DNA of 64,000 nt from NCBI GenBank assembly GCA_964016885.1, contig OZ024761.1:24738001-24802000 (forward strand). The letters are read 5' to 3'. Numbering within the stretch: the stretch's first letter is position 1; every line of letters starts with the position of its first letter. The notes under the pieces were generated by a model. That model was not told where the DNA came from. It saw nothing but the letters and a program-made list of their open reading frames with translations, and searched no databases. The position numbers and the translations under genes are program-made. This document shows positions 30,291-55,861 of the stretch, piece after piece. The DNA comes from Eledone cirrhosa. Its lineage: Eukaryota.

Positions 30291-31390
30291 CCATACGCAT
30301 TTTATTGGTCTTTTAAATTCAAATTTAAAATTGTGTTTCCTTTTAAATAATGCTTTAAGCAAGCAATAAAAATCTGATATAATATATATATAAGTAGTTC
30401 CACAACAGTTAGTTCACCATACCTAGAACAAATGTTTCACTTTATTTCTTTGTGTTTACACTTTCTAAATACATTTAGGCGAATCTTAGCATACCTACAC
30501 TATTATGAACAGTTCCTAATCTTCCTTAGGTAAACCCGGAATATTTTCCCTCTTGTTAAAGAATGCATACAGTCCTATGGAACCGGCCGAAATGATATCT
30601 ATGACATTTACTAGGCAAAGGGTTGCTCTTTTGGGTGTCTGAATATAAAAGAAAAAAAGAAGCCAGTTAGTGTGTGATGCGCCCTTCATGTGCCCCAGAT
30701 TAATTGATAACTTGATTTCTTTATCAGGAACTGAATTAGTATTCGATTTTAAATTCTTTGATCTTTACCCAAGTGCTAGATTAGGCAAACTTAACTGAAA
30801 CTTTCTACGTTACCTTCTTTGACTCTTAGACGCTGAAATTATATTCTTTTCTCGTTTTTGTTTTCTCATCCCTTTGAATTGAAGTTTACCGTTTCAATAG
30901 ATTAAAGATAGTTGTATAGGATTAAAACTCTGTTACTGCCGTACGTGACTGGCTTGGCATCTTCTCGTCAGTCTGCATTCTTACCCCGTACCCCTTAACC
31001 CTTGTTATTCAGGCCTGTTTAGCCCCCTACCCCCCTCTCCACCGCTATAAAGGTATTTAACTATATACAACACATCCCAGATCATTGACCACTCCCTGTG
31101 ACAGACAGGAAAAACAACACACTTTTAGAATCTTTTTACTTAGATTGTTAACTCGTTTTACTCTGAGTGCATGCCCATATATGGAATGTATACCTTGATA
31201 AGTTCAGCTAGATTGCTGCCGTTCTAATACCTGTGGTTTAGTTCAGAACTAGCTGTCGAAACGGCCGGATCTCAGCCGTCGTGGTCCTGACTCTTTTCCT
31301 ATATATATATTTATTAAAATAACAGATTAAAGTTTAAGCAAAGAATTGCTGCTTTCACCCTTAACGGGATCTTTTCAATTTTATTATTAT

Positions 31391-31446
<56 letters not shown>

Positions 31447-31880
31447 GTTTGAATTTGTATAATAAAGCCAAAACAATGCAGGTATGGACATAGAAAAAAG
31501 AATGCAATTGCAAAAGATATTGTTGACAATTTGTCTTTTACCTTAGATTTATTTGAATGTCCCTAATTTTCAAGATAATATCTCTTCTTCAGAGGGAAAT
31601 AAATGTCTCAAACCAGCGTTCAAACTAGCTTACCAAGCCATGCTGACAGGAAATAGTATAGAGTATCTGTTCTATCTCTAATGTCAAAGAGTTAAAATTA
31701 GGTGCATAAAGAGTAGTCTCCCTTTAAAAGGGGTCTTGTTTTGTTTTTTTTTTGGTTTTTACAATATCTTTTGCAATTGCATTCTTTTTTCTATGTCCAT
31801 ACCTGCATTGTTTTGGCTTTATTATACATATTGAAACGTTTATACCTCATTACATAATGCTTCAAGTGAACTATAACCTC

Positions 31881-31911
<31 letters not shown>

Positions 31912-32136
31912 ATAAATAGGAGCGAAGAATCAGTATTAAATCATATTAAACATTTAATTGCATATTACATATGTTTCACTGCTGGTCAGCTCGAGGAACG
32001 TTCCCGACTCTGGAATCTGAAGCTCCTCAGATATGTGTTCTTACATGTAGAGACACGTCAAAATGTATAAATGTATATATATAATTATATATTTGTATAT
32101 ATGTACATATGAGTATATAAGAATATACATACATAC

Positions 32137-32178
<42 letters not shown>

Positions 32179-32559
32179 AAACGAAAAATCAGTGATGATG
32201 CATCTGAACTCAATTTATTGTGTGTTACAATTGTTTCGCCGGCGGACAGCTCGAGACACGATCATTGTGTGGGTCTGTCTGATTCTGCACCTGAAGGTTC
32301 GACTGACACGTCGAATGATTTCGGAGCAAATTCTCTCACTGCGGTGTTAGCGTCAAAAACATCCTCTTCGCGCGTCTTGTTATTGGCTGCTGCTTTTCTA
32401 CGTCATCGTAAATCTGACCAACAGGTGTCAATTCGACTGACCATCAGTTGTTCCTATCTACCACACTTCGAGGAATTACTACTGGGTTTCGTAGTTCAGA
32501 CGTCGACGCGCGCACTTACACACACTTATACACACACGCTTATACACACACGCACACGC

Positions 32560-32609
<50 letters not shown>

Positions 32610-32805
32610 ACATAGATAACAACATCCGTACGCATAGACTCCCCTATAGAGACACACACTTAAGGAGAACATATAAAAACAAAACTAGGACATACAAATA
32701 CACAGACGCCTGCCAACATGCCCAAATACAGGCATAGCCTAGCTCACAAACACACACACACATATATATATATGCATATATACACATACACACACAGATA
32801 TAAAT

Positions 32806-32874
<69 letters not shown>

Positions 32875-32996
32875 AAAGTTCTATTTAAAATTGTTGGGAT
32901 ACAACAAGTAAATGTTTTTATAACTGATATAAAGCACTCGACAAGTATAATGAAATAAATATGGTTTTATAAATATAGTTTCCATTTATTAATATC

Positions 32997-33085
<89 letters not shown>

Positions 33086-33262
33086 AATATATATATATAT
33101 ATATACACACAAACCCGCCCTTTCGCTACATTGGGTGCTTGTACACACACACACACTCACACACTGGCTCATATACACTCTTACAAATATGCGTATATTC
33201 ACATACAGGCCCACGCACGCCTACAAAGATATATATATATATATATAATTAAGTTAAATTTG

Positions 33263-33318
<56 letters not shown>

Positions 33319-33719
33319 CACAAATAGGATATATACACAAAGTCATATAAAGATACACAATGGGTCATACAATGGATGATACATGAAATGATGCATCTTG
33401 TAAGCATGCACATATATAAATAGTATAACCATACACATAGATATATACACACACATATATCTACATATATATATATATACATCTATATATACACATACGT
33501 ATATACACATATATAAAAAAATAAATATGCAATATATTAAAAGTATAGATAAATGATCGTGTTTCGAGCTGTCCGCCGGCGAAACAAGTGCAACACACAA
33601 TAAATTGAGTTCAGATGCATCACTGATTTTTCGTTTTATATTATATCATACTCTGCTCTGTAAGAGCATAGACTGCTCAACCGGCATACCGCTTATGGAA
33701 GCATCTTAGCTACCATCAG

Positions 33720-33811
<92 letters not shown>

Positions 33812-33919
33812 AGAAATGTAAGTTATCGCTGTATTTTGACTAAAGACATTAAATAAATTATTTAGCCTGATAGTGGGCTTAAGAACGCTCGGAGAAATGG
33901 AAAAAGATGAGTATTGACG

Positions 33920-33951
<32 letters not shown>

Positions 33952-34039
33952 TATATAAGGGTTAAAATACTGGAGCGTGTTGGAGTTAAACACCCTCTTC
34001 GTATTATAGAAATGACAGTATATATATATATATATATAT

Positions 34040-35455
34040 ATTGTTATACATGGCGAGGCTCATATTGTTAAAATATTGCCAGAAATAATAACAGAATACA
34101 CTCACTGTTTGGTTTGGGTAGGTTTTCGCTTCTGTATCTTTTATATGCTCATAGTTAATTTATTTCACAATTAATGTTTATCATTCATTGATCACCGGTT
34201 AAAAATACAGATATAAATATAAATATATCAAAGTTGTTTCGTCGCACATCTGCAACATCATCAGTGGTAATATTATGTTTCCTCCCATTGTATTATATTG
34301 TATTGTAATGTCTGCGTCATTTTTATTTCAATTCAATTATTTAATTATGTCTTCTTGTCTATGTATATGCGCATGCGTTTGCGTGTGTGTATTATGTTTG
34401 GTGTGTGTGTTTGCGTTTGAGTGTACGTGTTTTTGTTTTTGCATTCTATCTTTGTTCAGTAGTCTGTGTTTATATGTGTTTGTTGTTATTGTACTTATGT
34501 ATATATATATTTATTTGTTTAATTATTTATATTTTCCGTAGGTCTGTATTCTTTGTTTGGGTATGGTTGTTGTTGTCATCCCATTCCTTCTTTCTGTTTA
34601 ACTTCGGTCTTCTTATTTCTATCTCAGCTGCTTCTCTGATTTGTCTACTTGTTGAGTCATTTCTAAGTTTAGATATTATTTTAATTTCTATGTTGTCTAT
34701 ATTACAGTCATGTCTTTGTCTGTCGTGTTCGTATAGTACTGAACCGTTTTATTGTTGTCCTATTAGTTCCCCCCAGTGTTGGTCTATTCTTTCTCCAGTG
34801 CTTCGAGCTGTCTCACCTGCGTATGTCATTGTCATGTTTCTGCAAGTACCCTCTGTACATCTCATGCTATAGACTACATCTCTAGTTTTACAATTTATCT
34901 CGAGGTTCATTTCACATATAAACATTTCTTATTTGTACAGTGGGTTTTCTTAAAGGGGTATGTCTTGCTGATCAGGGATCTTATGGTAGTTCGTGGCTTT
35001 TCTACCACTTTAAACTTTAGCTGGGACGTTCCTCGGTCTTTTCTACATTGCTTTGCTAATTTCAGTCAAGGGGTAGCATCCACGTATATAACACCCTGGT
35101 ATCCCTGGTTGTCGTACCATGAAGTGACTTTCCCTATTATATGTTTAGTCCTATCTAAGCTATTCCATGATTTGCTCCTGTATAATGGGCACATTCCTTT
35201 CATGTCCATTTCTATGAGGGTCTTATACTTCTCCGTGGCTCCTTTGTATACTTTAATTCTGTCTCTTTGGTTGTCGGTAGAGTATGCATTCGATTGATGA
35301 AGTGTTGGATGTATCTTTCCATTTCAGTTGAGTCGCGCATGCGGGACACATTCTTCATCACTCTTACCAAGTCTGCGATGAGAATATTAAACTTAGCAGT
35401 ATTGGAAATTGCTGAGATTTTTAGTATCAGGTATTTGGAGGCCAAGGGTTTAGCA
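34040..35455 (-). mobile_element. Decayed PLE 3' third
   Basis: ASKYLILKISAISNTAKFNILIADLVRVMKN through GIY-YIG and the 3' UTR. Confidence 0.85.
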
Positions 35456-36221
35456 CAGGTACTTAAATATATACACTAAATATAATTTTTAAAGAATTTC
35501 ATTTTCTTTAAATCCATCATCCAATGACCTCCATCCATCTCAATAACCACACTCTCCTACCACCAGAAATTTTATAAAAACCAACATATTACTTGGACAG
35601 TCCGCTTCCTCATGATTTCTCCCGAATGAAACAGTTCTAGTCCTGTAGAAGCCATTTCTATAATGTATATATATATATATATATATAACAAGGAAAGTGT
35701 GGTAAGGAATGAGGTGGACCATAAGGCACCAGATTATTCGATACTTAGAGTAGTAGAGTGTTCGGATCTAGCCGTCGAAACAGCCAGAGCTCAGCAGTCG
35801 GGGCCATGACTCGTCCCCCCCCCCCCCACACACACACATATATAGTATTTACCTTTCAGCATAGCTTTATACAGATATGTATAGAAATTTCGTATTTCGA
35901 AAGAAATAATATAATATTATTCGTAACGCCAGAGATTCCAATATGCATGGGCCTTCGTATTTCCATTGGAAAATATCAGTTTCGTGGATTGAAGAGATTT
36001 GCGTACTTAGTCTACACATGGACTTGTACGAAACCCCTCACCATGGCCTGCAACAAGGAGAAGAATTCTCTAGAGCGGGTGTTTACAATCTGCAGAGGAG
36101 CTGAAAGCTGAATACAACTTTTTACATTATGTGTAACAAACTTTAGCAAAACAATTATTTTGGTTTCTGACAAAAGTTACAACATAAGACTGATTTCAGT
36201 TAGAGGAATAAATATCTTTAT

Positions 36222-49349
<13,128 letters not shown>

Positions 49350-49874
49350 GGATGTCTACGCTAATTTCAACGCCAGAATATGTAATAGTCAACTTTGGAA
49401 GTTCATCTTAAATAATTTATTCCAATGTGCCAGATGTTTGTCCACGTTAAAACTATATATTTTGAGGTTTAAGTTATATATTTTGACGTCTTAACTGATT
49501 TACGTTGCTTTGTTTTATATATATTATGAAACATAATTTATAGATACTTTATCGAATTTAAGTATGGAAATGTTTTCGTTAACTTGCCCCTACATATATA
49601 GATATGATGGACTCTCTCGTCAATTTGATTTAGGATGGGTGAACAGGCTTTAGAGTTCATTGTTTTATGTTTATACCTTAATTTTCACTTCGAACCAGCT
49701 GCTGGTTTACACATCAATCTCTATTAAGTATGGAAATGTTTTCATTAACCTGTTCCTACATATATAGATATGATGGACTCTCTCGTCGATTTGATGTATG
49801 AGGGTTCAACAGTCATTTCAGTTCATTGTTTTATGTTTAAATCTCAATTATCACTCAATTATCACTTCAATCCG

Positions 49875-50500
49875 CAAGTGACAGGATATCAAACAGAGCA
49901 GGCTGGAATGTCTGACTGGACTTTGGTGTTAGATCTTATCCCACAGAGGTGGTCTAAACAAGATTTCTCAAATTCCTTCATACTTTCGTGGCAGACAGTT
50001 CTCCATCTTTGAGGGTTGGCAGTCGTGGCTTCAAACGAAGAAAGAGGTACGTTGACAGATTTTAGATTGTACTTCAGTTTGTCCTTATATCGGAGTAGTG
50101 ACCTGCCCACACTATGCGCACCGTCTTTGGTGTGCAACATGTACATCATCATCATCAGCCAACAGTAAGTCGCCAACCATACTTGATTTTGTGAGTGTTT
50201 TAGCCTTAACACGCTGATGGTTGACTAGCCCACACGATGTACGCAACTCCAATGTGACACCAGTGTTCAAATCGACAAATGCACGCTGGAGCATTACAGA
50301 TAAGAAAGAAGCGAAGAGAACAGCAGCCATGATACATCCCTGCTTCGCACCATTTGTAACAGTAAAAGGTTCAGGGCATTCTTCCATTTGACATGACTGG
50401 TACTTCCATGCTATCATGGAAGGATGTGATGATATTTAACATATTATCAGCTATACCACGCTTTTTCAGTATATTCCAAAGAGCTTTGCGATTGAGACTT
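49875..50500 (-). mobile_element. RTE-clade LINE RT fossil
   Basis: EPFTVTNGAKQGCIMAAVLF...DLLLADD; same position relative to exon 1 as the other three copies. Confidence 0.8.
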
Positions 50501-50614
50501 TCAGTATATATATATAAAAGATGAATATAAAATGAAAGTGCTTTTATAAAGGAATTTATTAGGTATTGACATATGTTTCTGTAACAGACGGAATACTTAT
50601 ATATATATATATAA

Positions 50615-50652
<38 letters not shown>

Positions 50653-50745
50653 GATTATAAGGGCGCTGCGGAGTTGCAAATGGGTTATATATGAAAAAGA
50701 TTTGTCCTTCATCAGTGATCTTCCAACTATCATAGGCATTTCATC

Positions 50746-50791
<46 letters not shown>

Positions 50792-50798
<7 letters not shown>

Positions 50799-51130
50799 TT
50801 GCAAGGTTTTTGATATAAAATCGTGTGTCGAAACAAATATTGTTTTGCTGGGGGAGGGTCATATTGTTGTAATATTGCCAGAAATTATAACAGAACATAC
50901 TCACTGTTTGGTTTCTTTTCGCTTCTCTATGTTATATATCTTCATTGTTAGTTTATTTGGCAATCAACGGTTATCATTGATCGACCAACGGTAAAAAGTA
51001 CAGATATAAATATATATATATATAGTCTAACACAGTTCTTTCGTTGCGCATCTGCGACATCATCAGTGGTGCTATTATCATGTTCCCTCCTATTGTATTG
51101 TATTACAATGTCTACGTCATTTTTATTTAT
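50792..51130 (-). mobile_element. PLE 3' terminal fragment
   Basis: Homologous to about 55590-55930 ([22 protein letters not shown]), ends in (TA)n. Confidence 0.8.
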
Positions 51131-51254
51131 TTAATTTTAAATGAAAATGATATATAGATATTAACATTATTGATAATCTGCTCTCCAAGAACATCGAGTG
51201 CTCATTCAGCATATCGCTTATGGAAACAATTTATTTACACTTTAGTACTTATAT

Positions 51255-51302
<48 letters not shown>

Positions 51303-51875
51303 TATACTAGGAATATAATATCGAGCAACGGATGATGACAAAACTGAGCAACGCATGGAACCCAGGTCAGCTTGAGATTGAGTATATGGTTTTGCTATTT
51401 CATTAAATCCTATTTTATTTTTATTTTACTACATTTAAGCTTTCCTACGACTCTATTATTAACATGACTCATATGAATAACTAATAATTATTTGGTATAT
51501 GTTGGATCACTGACAGAGAGTAGCGGCCTTCCTACATGTACTGGTAACGTCTAGGTCTTTCCACCTTCCTACTGTGCTTGAAAAAAATATATTTCCATTT
51601 TTTCTCCGGTAGACGAAAATACTCGGAACGGTTGATAGGCCTTTGAGCCTTGGGTAGACTGGGATTTTACCATTTCACTGGTTATTGACTACCGAACCAC
51701 ACTCCCTTATATAATATAGTTCAGGACTATTTCACACCCACTAGGGATATAATATCTTGCAAAGCAAAGAAACCAAAGCTAGATAATGATCTAATCTACT
51801 TTGATTTAGTCTTATTTTGTTTATAAAGATTCAACTTTACACAACTCTCATTAATATAACTAGTATTTGTAATTA

Positions 51876-52060
51876 ATTGTTTCTACTTTTGGCACAAGGC
51901 CAGCAATTACGCAGTGCATTACTGGTACTTTATTTTATCGACCCCGTAAGGATGAAAGGCAAAGTCAACCTCGGCGGGATTTGAACTCGGATCGTAAAGG
52001 GACGTGACTATGCTGGAAAGCATGGCGTCCGTCCCTCTACCGATACTGCCAATCCACCGC
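51876..52060 (-). mobile_element. tRNA-derived SINE, near full length
   Basis: A-box TGGCAGTATCGG, B-box GAGTTCAAATCC, core GCCTTTCATCCTTACGGGGTCGATAAAAT. Other copies at about 17584-17740, 20310-20475, 22796-22890, 24107-24220, 24243-24370, 26229-26420 and 63151-63235. Confidence 0.8.
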
Positions 52061-52304
52061 TGTCTGTCATGCGTTGCTTCACCGGCCAACCGTACTGACT
52101 CTTCTGGTATCATGGGGCATTGGCTTGTGGACGTTTCTTGGAGTGCCTGGAGGTATATATATAGATATGTATATATATAAAGATATATATACATATGTAT
52201 ATATATATATATACATGTATATATATATATACATGTATATATATATACATATGTATATATTTATAGATATATATACATATGTATATATATAAAGATATAT
52301 ATAC

Positions 52305-52379
<75 letters not shown>

Positions 52380-52612
52380 GATATATATACATATGTATAT
52401 ATATATATATATGCATATATACATATGTATATATATATATGCATATGTATATATATATACATATATGTATATATATATAGAGATATATATACATATGTAT
52501 ATATATATATATATATGCATATATACATATGTATATATATATATGCATATGTATATATATATATATACATATATGCATATATATATATATATACATATGT
52601 ATATATATAAAG

Positions 52613-52647
<35 letters not shown>

Positions 52648-52996
52648 TAGCGGCGATGAATTAGTTTTGCGAGGTTTTTTATATGAAATCGTGTGTCGAA
52701 ACAGATATTGTTATATTTGGGGAGGGTCATATTTGCGTAATATTGCCAGAATTAATAACAGAACACACTCACTGTTTGGTTGGTTTTCGCTTCTCGCTGT
52801 CTTTTATATATATATATCTGCGATCTAACTTATTCGGTCCTCAATGTTGCCATTGACTGACCGGCGGTCAAAAATAATACAGATACAATATAGACAAACA
52901 CATATATATATAGTTTACATAAATCTTTCGTTGCACATCTGCAACATCGTCAGTGGTGTTATATTCATTGTTCCTCCTGTTGTGTTGTATGTCTAC

Positions 52997-53028
<32 letters not shown>

Positions 53029-53852
53029 GTTCAGTCTGTCTATATATTTATTTATTTATTTGCTTGTTTGTTTATCTTATTTTATTTTGTCTTCTTTGCG
53101 CATGCGTTTGCGTGTGTGTATAGTGTTATGTGTGATGTGTGACTAGTGTGTATAGTGTTGTGTCTGCTGGGTGACTAGTGTGTGTTTATGTGCTTGTGTA
53201 TGTATTTATTTATCTTATTTTATTTAATTTAATTTACTTATTTATTTATACTTCTCTTAGGTCAGTGTTGTTTGTTTGGGTGTTGTTGTTGTTCCACTCA
53301 TTCTTTCTGTTTAGCTTTGGTCTTCTAATTTCTATTTCACTGGCCTCTCTGATTTGCCTATCTGCTGGGTCATTCCTATGTTTAGATATTATTCTAATTT
53401 CTATGTTATCTATGTTACCGTCATGATGTTGTCTAGCATGTTCGTATAGTACTGACCCGTTTTTTCGTCCTTTTAGTTCCCCCCAGTGTTGGTCTATCCT
53501 TTCACCTATGCTACGAGCTGTCTCACCTATGTATGTTGTTGTCGTGTTTCTGCAAGTACCCTCTGTACATCTTATGCTATAGACTACGTTTCTAGTTTTA
53601 CAGTTTATCCGGGGGTTCACCTTACATATGATACATTTCCTATTGGTACAGTGGGTTTTCTTAAAAGGGTAGGTTTTGCTGATCAGGGATTTTATGGTGG
53701 TTCCTGGCTTTTCTACCACCTTTATTTTTAAGTGGGTCTTTCTCAGGGCCTTTCTACACTGGTTAGCTAATTTCCCTCCAGGGGTGGCGTCCACAAACAT
53801 GACACTCTGATATCTCTGGTTGTCGTACCATGATGTGGCCTTCCCTATCTTA

Positions 53853-55347
53853 TGCCCTAGTAGACCTATAAGAGGTAGACCCCCCACCATAACCTCAATG
53901 GCTAAAAAGACTCCCATAGGAAGGTGGATTGGGTGGACCAAAGCTATACGGACCCCCCAAAACACTGATCAGGTAAGAAAAATGGTCGCACATGCAATAG
54001 GGGCTAGTATCAAAACTACCCTAAAGGGCCACATATTTAAGTTCAATGAGAAAATCTACACCCAAAATGAGGGAGCAGCCATCGGCGTCAGCATAGCTGG
54101 CGATGTTGCCAACCTTTTCATGGTATGGTGGGAAAGGAGACTTAAAGATCTCCTTAATGAAAGCTCCATAGACCTCATCATGTACTCTCGTTATGTAGAC
54201 GATATCAATATAGTTATAAGAACACCCCCACTAGAGAGCACTAACAAGTTTGATTTAGAACGTAGCACGATGGAAAGCATCCAGCAGATAGCTAATTCCA
54301 TACACCAGAGTATAACTGTAACTATAGACTTCCCTTCCAAACACCCTAACAATAGACTACCTGTATTAGACACAGAACTCTGGATCAACACTATAGACGA
54401 GAGCCCAAATTCTCCACTCACACTATGCTAAACCCATGGCCTCCAAATACCTGATACTCAAAAACTCAGCAATGTCCAGTAGTGCTAAGTTTAATATTCT
54501 GATCGCAGATTTGGTACGAGTGATGAAGAATGTGTCCAGCATGTGCGACCCAACAGAAATGGAAGGACACATCCAACACTTCATCAACCGCATGCAGTTC
54601 TCTGGCTACAACCAAAGAGACAGAGTCAGAGTATACGAAGGAGCCATGGAAAAGTATAAGACCCTCATAGAACTGGACATGAAAGGAATTTGCCCACTAT
54701 ACAGGAGCAAATCATGGAATAGCTTAGATAGGGCTAGACATAAGATAGGGAAGGCCACATCATGGTACGACAACCAGAGATATCAGAGTGTCATGTTTGT
54801 GGACGCCACCCCTGGAGGGAAATTAGCTAACCAGTGTAGAAAGGCCCTGAGAAAGACCCACTTAAAAATAAAGGTGGTAGAAAAGCCAGGAACCACCATA
54901 AAATCCCTGATCAGCAAAACCTACCCTTTTAAGAAAACCCACTGTACCAATAGGAAATGTATCATATGTAAGGTGAACCCCCGGATAAACTGTAAAACTA
55001 GAAACGTAGTCTATAGCATAAGATGTACAGAGGGTACTTGCAGAAACACGACAACAACATACATAGGTGAGACAGCTCGTAGCATAGGTGAAAGGATAGA
55101 CCAACACTGGGGGGAACTAAAAGGACGAAAAAACGGGTCAGTACTATACGAACATGCTAGACAACATCATGACGGTAACATAGATAACATAGAAATTAGA
55201 ATAATATCTAAACATAGGAATGACCCAGCAGATAGGCAAATCAGAGAGGCCAGTGAAATAGAAATTAGAAGACCAAAGCTAAACAGAAAGAATGAGTGGA
55301 ACAACAACAACACCCAAACAAACAACACTGACCTAAGAGAAGTATAA
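53853..55347 (+). pseudogene. 5'-truncated tandem copy of the PLE ORF with a 2-bp deletion
   Basis: gacgagagccc at about 54397 versus gacgagagagccc at about 58542 splits it into ORFs 53820-54431 and 54436-55347. Confidence 0.85.
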
Positions 55348-55564
55348 ATAAATAAGTAAATTAAATTAAATAAAATAAGATAAATAAATACATACACAAG
55401 CACATAAACACACACTAGTCACCCAGCAGACACAACACTATACACACTAGTCACACATCACACATAACACTATACACACACGCAAACGCATGCGCAAAGA
55501 AGACAAAATAAAATAAGATAAACAAACAAGCAAATAAATAAATAAATATATAGACAGACTGAAC

Positions 55565-55595
<31 letters not shown>

Positions 55596-55631
55596 GTAGA
55601 CATACAACACAACAGGAGGAACAATGAATAT

Positions 55632-55676
55632 AACACCACTGACGATGTTGCAGATGTGCAACGAAAGATTTATGTA
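55632..55676 (+). ncRNA. Hammerhead-ribozyme-like motif in the PLE terminal repeat (copies at 59772-59799 plus and 52926-52953 minus)
   Basis: CTGACGA-T-GTTGCA-GATG-TGCAAC-GAAA core with a 6-bp stem II; stems I and III are weak. Confidence 0.5.
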
Positions 55677-55861
55677 AACTATATATATATGTGTTTGTCT
55701 ATATTGTATCTGTATTATTTTTGACCGCCGGTCAGTCAATGGCAACATTGAGGACCGAATAAGTTAGATCGCATATATATATATATAAAAGACAGCGAGA
55801 AGCGAAAACCAACCAAACAGTGAGTGTGTTCTGTTATTAATTCTGGCAATATTACGCAAAT

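Noticed and set aside
51990-52060. tRNA gene
   Set aside because: A/B boxes belong to a SINE head; no complete cloverleaf evident.
53246-53965. 239-aa minus ORF as a novel stand-alone GIY-YIG gene
   Set aside because: Chimeric read-through across the PLE inversion junction.
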